From Octopus bimaculoides (lineage: Eukaryota): a stretch of DNA of 64,000 nt. Of the stretch, positions 13,861 to 26,579 are shown piece by piece. The translations under genes were made by a program, and so were the position numbers. The stretch spans positions 197,375,253-197,439,252 of the forward strand of contig NC_068981.1 of NCBI RefSeq assembly GCF_001194135.2. The letters are read 5' to 3'. The notes under the pieces were generated by a model. It worked only from the letters and a program-made list of their open reading frames with translations. It ran no database searches and was not told the DNA's origin. How positions within the stretch are numbered: the stretch's first letter is position 1; the number at the start of each line of letters is the position of its first letter.

Positions 13861-14330
13861 AACCATCATGTAGATCACATGCCAACCGTCATTTAGATCG
13901 CATGCCAACCGTCATTTAGATCGCATGCCAACCGTCATTTAGATCGCATGCCAACCGTCGTTTAGATCGCATGCCAACCGTCGTTTAGATCGCATGCCAA
14001 CCGTCGTTTAGATCNNNNNNNNNNNNNNNNNNNNNNNNNNNNNNNNNNNNNNNNNNNNNNNNNNNNNNNNNNNNNNNNNNNNNNNNNNNNNNNNNNNNNN
14101 NNNNNNNNNNNNNNNNNNNNNNNNNNNNACCATCATGTAGATCACATGCCAACCGTCATTTAGATCGCATGCCAACCGTCGTTTAGATCGCATGCCAACC
14201 GTCGTTTAGATCGCATGCCAACCGTCGTTTAGATCGCATGCCAACCGTCGTTTAGATCACATGCCAACCGTCATTTAGGTCATGTCAACTATCATTTACA
14301 TCACAAGTCAACCATTAACTAGACCACACA
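13861..14330. repeat. 23-bp minisatellite (gccaaccgtcrtttagatcgcat)n spanning a gap
   Basis: Period 23 (units start at 13881, 13904, ...). Degenerate units continue on both sides. Confidence 0.92.
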
Positions 14331-15792
14331 TCGACCATCAATTAGACCACATGTCAAATACAATTTGACTATGCCAATCCCCAATGAGACAGTATACAAA
14401 ATAGCAGTGGACCCCAGAGTAAATACCAGTAGACCTTATGCTAACTATTGACCTTAAATCAAGCTTCCGTTAGATCACAGGAGTTATGTGGGGCATGAGA
14501 TGAACAATATTTACTGCAAACAGAATAATGGGATACAAATTAATAACACCAGAAATGGTTGATATATACAGTAGCAGCCCTGAAAAGCAACATTTCTGCT
14601 ACTAACTCTACTTTTCCTACCAGCCTCTGCCTGATATAATTGCTTCACTCCTCTTTTCATCCTTATTGTCACTAATAATCATTACACAATGTCCCCTTTT
14701 CTCCAGTGACTCATAAATCTTCTGAGACCCATTCTTTCATTAAACCAGATAAGTTTCAACCATTCCAACTTCTCTATGGCGTTACTTATATAAGGATACA
14801 ATATATGACAAAGAGACGAATATTTTCCTTTCAAAGAAGGCACGCTGTAATTTGAGGGAGATTTAGCTGCTTTTTCTAGCAGGTCATCTGGCCACATAGC
14901 AGTTACAATTTCTTTTCCATAGCTGCTAATCTAAAATTTTGCAATGACGGAAGCCTGAAGTACAATGGGTTTGTCCTACAGAGAATGTTTCCGGTTACTT
15001 TTGGGTACCTCCTTGTATATGATGGATTGACCTACTAGAAATAGCTGATAAATATCCCTGAAATTACACTCACTGTCTAAAAGAAAATAAATAAAGAGGT
15101 GAACTTTAGGAATTGTTATCCCTTAGCACATGAAAAATGAAATGAGGGGTAAAAATATAAANNNNNNNNNNNNNNNNNNNNNNNNNNNNNNNNNNNNNNN
15201 NNNNNNNNNNNNNNNNNNNNNNNNNNNNNNNNNNNNNNNNNNNNNNNNNNNNNNNNNNNNNNNNNNNNNNNNNNNNNNNNNNNNNNNNNNNNNNNNNNNN
15301 NNNNNNNNNNNNNNNNNNNNNNNNNNNNNNNNNNNNNNNNNNNNNNNNNNNNNNNNNNNNNNNNNNNNNNNNNNNNNNNNNNNNNNNNNNNNNNNNNNNN
15401 NNNNNNNNNNNNNNNNNNNNNNNNNNNNNNNNNNNNNNNNNNNNNNNNNNNNNNNNNNNNNNNNNNNNNNNNNNNNNNNNNNNNNNNNNNNNNNNNNNNN
15501 NNNNNNNNNNNNNNNNNNNNNNNNNNNNNNNNNNNNNNNNNNNNNNNNNNNNNNNNNNGAAGCAAAAGGAATTCAAAACTGAAAAATTACGGAAAACAAA
15601 AAGGAAGAACTACTCCTCGGTTTAAAACATGCACATCGGAAGACATTACAGTTTTTGGTGCTCTAGACGATTTCTAAGTACTCAACAGGAACACCTACAT
15701 AATGTAGAACCATGTGTGTGTGTGTGTGTTAGACAGAATAAGATAACAAATCCAAGGGTGTGAGGAGTTTTCAGGACATTTATAATAAAATA

Positions 15793-15840
15793 GTCTTACA
15801 GCTGTTTCTGGGATATTATGGATATCCCTTCATCAGAGAC
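15793..15840 (-). ncRNA. Minimal type I hammerhead ribozyme motif (Penelope-type)
   Basis: Minus strand reads GUCU-CUGAUGA-A-GGGAUAU-CCAUA-AUAUCCC-A-GAAA-CAGCUG-UA-AGAC: canonical core, 4-bp stem I, 7-bp stem II, palindromic stem III, GUA cleavage triplet. Confidence 0.75.
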
Positions 15841-15918
15841 GGTGTGAGAAAATATTTGAGTTCAAATTATCGTGGAAAAGACAGGGAATACAGAAGGAAA
15901 TATACATATGTATGTATA

Positions 15919-16550
15919 CAGGGTACAGTGAATAAACTGTATTCTAAATTACGCAAAAATGAAAATAACACTGACATCTCATTTCAACAGACATATTTAC
16001 CAAAATTACACACAAATATCTTGAAATACTAAAGAGTAAATTTATTCAATAAAATCGCCATTGGCTTCAACCATGGCCTCCAGATGACTTCAGAATCTCC
16101 TGCAACTCTTCTGGATGGTCTCCTTGTTTAAGTTGGTGAATGTTGCCATAATCCTTGCCTTCAGTTCATCTTTGGTTTTACAAGGAGTTCTGTTGGTCTC
16201 TCGCTCAACTGCACCCCACAAAAAATAATCAAGGGGGTTCCAGTCTGAAGAGTTAGGTGGCCAGATGTTAGGGATGATGTGGTTGCAGAAATTGTCTGAC
16301 AGCCAAGACTGGGTTCTCCTGATTGTGCGGCATGGTGCAGAGTCCTGTTGCCAGACATAATTTACACCCAAACACTCTGAAATGTTCGCAGTGGAGCTTC
16401 CAGCACGAATGCCAAGCAGTACAGCTTGTCGTTTCCAAATTTCTGGCAGAGTGAATTGCGTCATGGTGCTGTTTTTCTCACAGACAGTGCTCACAAAGTC
16501 AAAAACAAACAACGCATATGTACAAAATTAAAAATATAAAATGGCAAGAT
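15919..16550 (-). mobile_element. Internally deleted Tc1/mariner (DD37D/maT-like) relic
   Basis: ORF 16090-16512 encodes YVWQQDSAPCR...IWPPNSSDWNPLDYFLWGAVE...KDELKARI. The end reads TA|CAGGGT. Confidence 0.85.
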
Positions 16551-17174
16551 CAAACGTTATTTATTCCTTGGGACATTTTTGGATTCTCAAATCTCGTTTT
16601 ATTTGGTTTGTACCTAAAATTTCATTTCAAAATACAAATTATGTTTTTCACTGAATCTTCAATAATACATGCACACATATAAACATATAACACATACACA
16701 CACACGAGTACACGGAGGCAAAACAATGTGGAGAGTATTATTAGTACTCGAATACCAAAGGTAGAGCAAAATGTTATAGTTTGCGAAGTCTTTTCAGCTA
16801 CAGTAAAATAATATCTATTACACACACATATACAATTATTTCAGTGGCATAGTTTAATGTTAGTAAGCTGAAGTATTTGAAGAATCTTAGTGGTAACTTG
16901 ACCTATTTAAAGCAAAAAATACCCAACAAGTTTTGATCAAAAGGAAAAACATCGGACAATGTAGCCACAGACATGATGCCCATATTTGGAATAGCTTTTA
17001 TAATCAGTCTACCAAATTACAATTGTCCTGCCACAAAACAACTATTTTGGCGGCATTTTTTGAATTTAGCCGCGAGTCAAACGTGAGCCAACTGATCTAT
17101 AATCGAAGACAAACCAGTATATCTAGAATTATATCTTTATCTGATGTGTCAGCTTTTCTCTATGACGTCACACG

Positions 17175-17340
17175 ATGTTACTGATTTGGCTGCTATTTCT
17201 AGCATCCAGAGCCACCGTGGTTACCAGACAGAGACTGTTACCATTGCATTTGAGTAGAACCAGGTTTTCAGGGAACCTGAGGTTTTTCTCTGTGGTTGAG
17301 AGGTCAGCTAGAAATAGCAGACAACTCTCTCTTAAATCTA
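17175..17340. repeat. Copy of an abundant short repeat with inverted ends (gatttggctgctatttctagc / ctagaaatagcag.caa)
   Basis: Related pieces at about 9870-9910, 11330-11660, 14850-15070, 19745-19880, 35745-35900, 38605-38650 and 44030-44135. Confidence 0.6.
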
Positions 17341-17448
17341 TAAGCATCGTAAGAAAATGAGCGTACATTCATGAAGATCTACTTGAGTAAAGCTGACTTG
17401 GGCTAAACAGCAGGCTTGTGTGTGTGCGCGCGCTAATTATGTCTTTTA

Positions 17449-17640
17449 AGGCGACGGGCTGACAGAATGGCCCGCACGCTGCGAGAAATGCTTAATGGCA
17501 TTTCATCCGTCTTTACGTCCTAAGTTCAAATTCCGCCGAGTTCGACTTTACTTTTCATCCTTTCGGGGTCGATAAAATAAGAACCAGCTGATCACTAGGA
17601 TCGATGTAATCGATGTAACCCCTCCCCCAAACCGCTGGCA
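17449..17640 (+). mobile_element. SINE family A
   Basis: aaggcgacgggctgacagaa...aagttcaaattccgccgag...cggggtcgataaaataag. Confidence 0.78.
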
Positions 17641-17744
17641 TAATCAACTCCACACACACACACACGTTCACATGTATACAAACATTACACACATACCTAC
17701 TCTCACGTACACACCTGTAGAAGCTTGTTTACAGTTCTCTGCAG

Positions 17745-17929
17745 ACACATTATTCCCCATTATGTATTCATTACGTTTATCATTCAACATCAACTGGTCT
17801 CGTAATCTTTTAAATGGATCTAGTCGTTCATTTTACCTGGCTGAATATTCCAGAGATACACGTACATTTACTGTCATATCCTCGAATTCATTCAATGTTA
17901 ACACAGCTAGTTGGCTCTCTGAATTACAG
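17745..17929 (+). CDS. Candidate internal exon, faintly SEA-domain-like
   Basis: Strong acceptor cttgtttacagttctctgcAG, donor CAG|GTACAA. Open frame includes YSLRLSFNINWSRNLLNGSSRSFYLAEYSR in non-repetitive sequence. Confidence 0.25.
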
Positions 17930-18281
17930 GTACAAACCAATCATGTAATGTTAAATAGTTGAGGATTTCAGTCTTTCTCTGTACCCTAAACGGAATCCTC
18001 GACACAACAAGACTAGTTCCTTCAATTACTTGTAATGTCTATTAGAACGGGCTCTGACACGGTCCCTAGTTACCAAAATTTAGCATTCTTTTACAGTTAT
18101 ACCAGTCTAGTGACACAGGTGTAATAGTAAAGAATTAACTCTAAATTTTACTTAAATTAAGTTGAACATTGCTACTGTCAGTGGCATTTTTCAAGGTGCC
18201 ATGCAATGGACTCAATCTCGAGGCATCACGATTGAGAAGTGAGATTCTTAACCATTTGGCCATGTCTGCAACTTGTCTCTT

Positions 18282-18318
<37 letters not shown>

Positions 18319-20465
18319 TACACAGAGAATATAGCATTCCATATGTAGCATTCTCTCTCTCTGTATATGTTTTATGGGCGAAAATACGTAAAAATAATGA
18401 CACCGATTTTAATTAATGATGTAGAATATTCATATTCACACATTTTGTTTAACGTCTTGATAAAAAAAAAACAACCCATGTGTGCTTTATGGTCAATAAA
18501 TGAAAGGAAAAACAAAGGCAGGCACCTACCATATATGGCGAGATTAGAATTGGTCGATCGTGGAATTTGGCCGGATGGAAACTAGTGAAAAGTGACTGTT
18601 GTTAGACTCACGTGTTTCCTTGTTTGGACAACCAGGAAGTTTGGAAACAGAAACAACACAAGTAACAAAAATAAACCAATACTAAAACTGAATAGATTTG
18701 TTCAAAAAAGTAAATTAATTAAATAAAAGGGTTTATTAATATTTGCAGTTTTCCGAAGCTAAGAGACAACGGTTCGATTTCAGCGAAGGATTTGTTTTCC
18801 CAGATAAATTATAAAGTTATAGTTTAAAAAATAATTATTAGATTAAAAATACCGGGTTTAGTTTCACAAACAAGACACATTAATAGCATTTTCTTTCACA
18901 AACTGGTATAATAATCCACACGTGAGCATTTTCCGGAGTTAAATATATTTTTTTCTCATAAACAGGTTTATTCTCTGAAAAAGAATTTCCTTACAACACT
19001 GCACATTGTTGATTAAACTTGTAAATTAAAGTTCGGTTTTGTCAGAATGAAAAAAGAACGAATTCGTAATGAAGTGCAAACATCATACATATGGCACATT
19101 TTTCCGTGAAGTTAACATAAAATCACCCCTGGTGATTCATGTCTTTTGTATTTGGTCCTGCAAGGAAGAGGTAGATGGTCCATCCTTTGTCAATCTACGT
19201 AAGTTTAACTTGCTAAGGTAACAACAATACTTCTGACACCAGTAATAATAACCGCAGTTTTGATTTAACGCGCGCGCACTCTCTCTCTCTCTCTCTCTCT
19301 CTCTTCCTCCCTATCACCGCCACTATCTCCACCACGACCAACACATTATGTTGTGTTCAGTCAACTGTGAAATGAAACAAAAGAAAAAAACAACAACAAC
19401 AAAATAATGAATTAAATAGAGCGTGGATTGCAAGACAGCAAATCAGAGATGAATGGTTCGCATCCTAACCACCATCGTCAATTCAACGAATGTGTTTCTG
19501 CGGGAGTCTTTCAACGTGCTAGAAACAACAGTAAGCTTTAGTTCAAACCTTACCGGCTTAACAATAAATTGTATTTCTACCTCAGATTACAATGAAATGA
19601 TGTAACATTGATATATGATACCTGATACATGACGGGTTAGTCACGAATGGAATGGGTTTAAAATTTTTTTTTTTATTAAGCGTACTCAACCAGGACAGGA
19701 CAAAACAACAACTGCAACGAAGCGTGTCCACATAAACACTCAATCTGCTAGAAATAGCAGCCAAATTTCTCTAAAATCACAGCTTAGTGTTTTGAAAACA
19801 CTTTTTTTAATTTGGAAGAGGGACAGCGCCCATGTCCGTCTTACCTGTCTAGACCCTCTAGACAAGCGAGACTATCACCGGTTAAACTACGGCTGCCACA
19901 TTCTGAAGGGTGGAAGGGTGAGTGCTGAAATCAACTCCGAGTATCATGGGAAAGGACAAAATGAGAGAGAGAATGATGTTTGTGGATTCGAGGCAGTTGG
20001 TGAGTGATTCGATGCCAATTAGCCGGGATGGCCATTTTTTGCCTGTCGACTAATGATGCAGCATTGCTTTAGATGTGAGAACATTGTTCCGGGGTTTCGC
20101 CTAAGCTTTGTAAAGGGTGAGCAGTTTATCCGTCCAATGACGGGTAATTCAGAAAGAATACTTTTGCCACCATAGGTAGCAAAGTCAGGAAATCTGGCAT
20201 AAATGAAATAATTATAATTCTAGCTTTTAATAAAATTTCTTAGTGTTTATACAAAATCATGAAATTCTTTGATTTGTTTCAGTCATTTCATTGCGGCCAT
20301 GCTGGAGCACCGCCTTTAGTCGAGCAAATCGACCCCAGGACTTACTCATTATAAGCCTAGTACTTATTCTATTGGTCTCTTTTGCTGAACCGCTAGGTTA
20401 CAGGGATGTAAACACACCAGCATCGGTTGTCAAGCGATGTTGGGAGAACAAACACAGACACACAC

Positions 20466-22690
20466 AAACATCATCATCGTTTAACGTCTGTTTTCCATGC
20501 TGGCATGGGTTGGACGGTTTGACAGGTCTGGAGAGCCAGGAGGCTGCACCAGACTCCAATCTGATTTGGTAAGGTTTCTACAGCTGGATGCCCTTCCTAA
20601 CGCCAACCACTTCGAGAGTGTAGTGGGTGCTTTTTACGTGCCACCGACACAGGACCCAGTCAGGCGGACCTGACATCGACCACGTTCAGATGGTGCTTTT
20701 TACGTGCAACCGGCACGGGAGCCAGTCAGGGGCCACCTGCCACAGCTACGGTATTGGTTTTACTTGACTCAACAGGTCTTCTCAAGCATATCATATCGCC
20801 CGACGCATCAGGGGTACTCTTAACTGGGCCGGATATGCATGGCTGCCATCTCACTTTAGTTGCCGGGTCTTTTCAATCACAGCGTATCTCCAAAGATCTC
20901 GGTATCCTGTCATTACCTCTGTGAGACCCAATGTTCGATGGTCATGCTTTACCACCTCATCCCATGTCTTCCTGGATATACCTCTTCCACAGGTTCCTTC
21001 TACAGTTAGGGAGTGACACTTCCTCACGCAGCTGTCCTCATCCATACGTAACACATGACCATACCAGCGCAGTCGTCTCTCTTGCACACTACATTTGATG
21101 CTTCTTATGCCCAACTTTTCTTTCATGGCGCTTCCTTTCTGACATGTATGCACACTAACATTACACATCCAGCCGATCATAATAGCTTCATTTCTTTCAA
21201 GCCTACGCATGTCCTCAGCAGTCATGCCTATGTTTCACTGCTGTATAGCATGGCAGTTCGCCCACATGCATCATACAGTCTACCTTTTCATCTTGGGCGA
21301 GAGGCCCTTACTTGCCAGCAGAGATAGGAGCTCCTTGAACTTTGCCCAGGCTATTCTTATTCTAGCCGCTACACTCAAAGAGCAACCACCTCCACTACAG
21401 ACTTGGTCACCTAGGTAGCGGAAGCTATTAACTACTTCTAGTTTTTCCCCCGGCATGTGATGGAATCTGTTTTCTGTACATCTTCAGTGTTTATTGCCCC
21501 TGTGCATTTGCCACACACAAAAAATATCTTCCCGGTTAGCCTTCCTTTGATATTGCTGCACCTTTTATGTGTCCATAACTTACAGCGGGTACATCGTATA
21601 GAGTCTTTACCCACGCCTTTTCTACAGATCGAGCAGGGCCATCTACCTGAAGGGGTTTGTGATTTGTCAGCCTTCCTACTTACTAAGACTTTGGTTTTTG
21701 CTAGGTTAACCCTAAGGCCCTTCGATTCTAGACCTTGCTTCCACACCCTAAACTTCGTCTTTAGTTCTGGAAGTGACTCAGCTATTAGAGCAAGGTCATC
21801 AGCATAGAGGAGCTCCCAAGAGCAGCCTGTCGTGAATTCCTCTGTTATTGCCTGGAGAACTATAATGAATAAGAGGGGGCTGAAGAATGATCCTTGGTGA
21901 ACCCCTTCTTCTACTCGGAATTCTTCACTATATCCGTTGCCAACGCTTACCTTATTGCCAGTGTCCCTGTGCAGGGCCTGTACAGCTCTTACCAGCCACG
22001 CATCTATCCCCAGTTTCCACATTGATCACCAGATAAGGGATTGAGGGACTCGGTCAAGAGCTTTCTCCAACAAATCAACAGAGGTTTATCTTTGGCTAGG
22101 TATTTCTCCTACAGTTGCCTTACCAGAAATATAGCATCAGTGGTGCTTCTGCCTCGCACAAAACCAAACTGCATCTCATTCAGTCTAACTCTCTCCCTAA
22201 TTACTTAGGCTATGATCCTCTCAGTTACTTTTATCACTTGATCCAATAATTTGATAGCCCTGTAGTCATTTCTATCTAAAGCGCCACCTTTAGCTTTGTA
22301 GCAGTTGACTATGGTGCTGCTACACCAGTCATTGGGTAGGACTCCTTCATGATCTACAATATGGGTGACAAGACCATAATCCACACCACCCGATATTTTA
22401 AGTATCTCGGCGGTGATTCCTGATGGGTCGGGGGCTTTTCCTGTCTTCATATCCTCAATTGCTTTATCTACCAAGGTACTGTCGATTCAGATAGCTGGTC
22501 CCTCAATCGGGTCAACCTTTGGCAGACTCTCCTCCTCCCATTCATTCTCTACATTCAGCAGTCTTTCATAATGACATCTCCAAACCTCTTTCTTTGCAGA
22601 ATCATTAAACGCAAGGGCACCATCATCCATGCGGACACATTTCTCTCTTATAACATCACGGTTTTCTCTCACACACTGTCTTGCAATCCG
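20466..22690 (-). mobile_element. 5'-truncated, degraded RTE-type LINE (RT, Cys-rich domain, 3' UTR, GAT-repeat tail)
   Basis: ORFs 22487-22672, 22205-22474, 21438-22022 (GVHQGS, LLYADDLAL, CSICRKGVG...CTRCKLWTHKRC) and 20851-21225 (RLRWYGHVLRM). Several stops and frameshifts. Confidence 0.92.
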
Positions 22691-23979
22691 AAAAACTTCA
22701 GTGTGTGGGTGGCGTTCTTTTACTCAGTGCCTGCCACCAAGCCTAGTATGCGTACCCAAATGGCACGTCTTATATAACTCTTTCATCTACTCTCTCTCCC
22801 GCTTTCTATATACTACGCAAAGTACGAATAGAGATATCAACCAACCAATTATTATATGGAGATATGGACCCAGTACTTGACTGATAATTCATTTTATCGA
22901 CCTCGGAAGAACGAAAATCAAAATTGATATCGGAGGGATTTGAACTTGGTACGTAAAGGGCCGTAACTAAATACCATAAGGCATTTTGTTTGATCCTCTA
23001 ATGATTCAGTTAATCTTTTGCCCTTCTAGTTTGTCATAATTACATCCGTTTAACTAATTAAATCAATACCATTTTCAAGTTGTTGCTTGTTTTTCCGGCA
23101 ACATATTCTTCAAAGTCACCTCTTTTAATTGGAAGCATCATCTTCGGTAACAGCACCATCACCACCTACAACAGCCGTTAGTCACCTACGGGCGGAGTCC
23201 GGCTCAAAGTCTCCGAACAAAATTATATCTACTCGCTCCACAGCAGCTAGAAATAAATGCTGGCTGATTTCGAGGTCTATATTCCGATAACCAGCGATTG
23301 TAATAGCCAAACCATTAGACTTGCTATTAGTATTTTCATCCGGTACTGATCTGTGGAAATTCCACCGCCCATTGTCAATCACAAATATCTCCCTACTTGG
23401 TAGTAAAATATCCTGTTATTTCCTTCTTAATACTTCGAGTAATTTCCAGGAAATTTTCTCTATTCTTTGCGGCTATATTTTCTCTTCTAGCCCCCCACTC
23501 TTTTCTTTTTATTCTAACTTGTACAAAATATTCTTGCCCATCACAATCGTTCGTATTTTCTTTTCTTTCTTGACAAATACTTCTCTTTCTTTCCCTGTTA
23601 TCTCCGGCTTCGTCATCATACAACACCATTTAGCTACAATTTATCCCTTTTCTCTTGAGTTCATTCCTGATTCTCACTTTATTCCTAATTCTTATTTCTT
23701 TCTTTGCCATATTTCTAGTCTTTTTTTCTATCTTCTCTGTTTTTCTCGATTTAATTTTCGTTGTCCTTTGTAAACCACCAAACTCTATTTCGGTAATAAA
23801 ACAATTTAAGAAGCATTTGACGTTATATAGTTGGTAACACCTGGATCCAAGATATTTCGTTATACATCTTTTATGAAGAAAGTTAGGAACGCAGTTAGTA
23901 ATATAAAGATAACAGAAGAGACAGGTGTTCGATTTTCACGAGCTGCTCTATGGCACGTGCATTAAATCGTCAGGTAAAT

Positions 23980-24050
<71 letters not shown>

Positions 24051-25207
24051 GTCAAACAAACGCTATTGGCGCCTGCACACAAACACATACGAACGCTAAT
24101 GGCGTGCTCACATATGCACATCTCCCTCGCACATATATATACAGCATTCGTATATGAGTATGCGTAAGTGTACACGTGCCAGTAGCGTTTATTTGAATCT
24201 CTCTCACACATACACACACACTGTTACAATCCCCTTTCCACAGCATGACAGATTTTTTTTACACCACAGGAATTTATCATTAGCACTTTAATGTAAAAGA
24301 TATAGATATAGGTATCTGTAATCATTGATTGCCTGTCACAATATCACTACTAAAACCCATCAACCCAACCATCCATTCATCCGTCCATCTCTAGTAACAC
24401 CAAAATATATCAACCACGTGTTCAAAAGTGAACAACACCCTACAGTAGTTAACACTTGAAGAAGTGCACACTTCCCAATTATCTCCTATGCGACTCGACA
24501 ATCGTTACACTAATGAACCACAAGGAAAACCTTGAAGAGAAACACTGCATACCGTAAAGATGGTTAAGCATAGATAGGTTCCCCCCCCCATAAACTTGAT
24601 GACAATGCCAACAGTAACCTCGCCTGGAATCGTGAACCCCACATCAAGACATATTTCAAAGATGTGCAGCCCAAGAACAAGAGTTAGCTACATATTTCTT
24701 AAAGAACAAAAAGACAATGAAGATCTTCAACCCCCGAAGATGCGACCAAAATTATTGATTTTGCCATTTAAATGTAGGATCTTGTGTTCAAGTTGCCAAA
24801 AAGTGTCATAAAAATAGTAGTAGGAGTAGTATTAGTAGTAGTATGGGGGAATGTGATTCCCTACTAATTCTGACAGATGGCACCTTTGCGTCACTCAGGC
24901 AATAACCCTTCAACCCATGGGTCTGTTTCGGTAGTCGTTGCTGATGAGGGCTTAATAGGGTCGGAGTGCAAATCCTACTTCAACCTCTTTTACGATACGC
25001 AGAGGAAACTCTGGGTCTATTTATTGACATGCTGGTCCTCACACAGTACTAAAGTGATGTGAAATGAACACGAGGCGCTGCTCGGTCCGGGGATCGAGCA
25101 CACGATCTGGTGGTTATCAAACTATTACTTTTATTACTGAATGATGTTGTTAAAGCAATATGCAGTACCAACAGTACGAAGGAATAGCCTTGCATACATA
25201 GAAAAAT

Positions 25208-25238
<31 letters not shown>

Positions 25239-25290
25239 NNNNNNNNNNNNNNNNNNNNNNNNNNNNNNNNNTATATATATATATATATAT

Positions 25291-25677
25291 AGGCGCAGCT
25301 GTATGGTAAGACGCTTGCTTCTCAACCACATGGTTCCGGGTTCAGTCCCACTGCGTGGAACCTTGGTCAAGTGTCTTCTACTATACCCTCAAGCTGACCA
25401 TAGCCTTGTGAGTAATTTGCTAGGCGGAAACTGAAAGAAGCCCGTGTATATATGTATGTATGTATATCTGTCTGTGTTTGTCCACCCCACCATCGCTTGA
25501 CAGCCGATGTTGGTGTGTTTACGTCCCCGTAACCTAACGGTTCGGCAAAAAGAGCCCGATAGAATAAGTACTAGGCTTACAAAGAATAAGTCCTGACGAT
25601 CGATTTGTTCGACTAAAGGCGGTGCTCCAGCATGGCCGCAGTCAAATGACTAAAACAAATAAAAGAAAGAATAAAAG
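25291..25677 (+). mobile_element. SINE family B, full length
   Basis: Head, microsatellite and 3' module all present. Confidence 0.85.
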
Positions 25678-26579
25678 GATATGTACGAAAATGAGGAATA
25701 TTGGTGGAATATTCCCGTTAAATCGTGATATCGTTATTTGGGAGAGAAAAGAAAAATCACGCAGTCACAGAAGTCAGCTGACCCACAGATGTGAACATCT
25801 CCCCCAAAATAAGCAACAAGGAGAATATTTATGGACAACGGGTTCGAAGCTTACAGCATCCCTATCCTCATTGTAAATTCATAGTTATACCACTAATTAT
25901 GTCAGGAGAAGCCTATACCACAATCTGAAAAAGCTAGAATATTCAGGTAAAGTGACGACAGGCACTTTACATAAACAATCTGTAAGAGGAACTGTAAAAA
26001 TGTGCAAGTCGTTTCGAATGTTTAATATGTCAATATTCCAAATTCTTGCGATGCAGCCTCACTTATATATTAGAAACCAGCTTCGTCTATATAGGAAGAA
26101 TTCAAATAATTCTTTTAAAAGGAGACACACTTACGATTCAATGAGGGAGCCTCTACGCAAGGTGTGTGTGTGTGTGGGGGGGTGCATGGAGGGATGACCT
26201 CACGCCTATATTTAAACTTGAAACCTCCCGAAGACAAAGTCTGTTAAATCCCATAAAAACCCCCACCCACCGTTTCAGTCTGAATACCAAAACAATAACA
26301 TTTATATGAGAATGTGTTTGTTCTTTGCCACGTAAATGAAATGGTGTTAAAGTAGGAGGTTGTTAGAAAGTGTATGGGTTGCAGTAGGAGACATTTTACT
26401 TCTAACACAGTATACTACTTATTGTAGGAAAATAAAAGACTTTAATTGTGTGTAGTGTGTGTCTGTGTGTGCGAGCGCGAATCTATAAACCATCATCGTC
26501 GTCGCCGTCGTCATTTAACGTCCATTTTCCATGCTGGTAATGAACAGGAAAAGAAGACAACACCGGGGTGGACATGCGT

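Noticed and set aside
13861-14330. CRISPR-like appearance of the 23-bp array
   Set aside because: The units are directly adjacent with no unique spacers, the context is eukaryotic, and there are no cas genes.
21438-22022. Functional reverse transcriptase gene
   Set aside because: The element is 5'-truncated and split by stops, frameshifts and an internal deletion.
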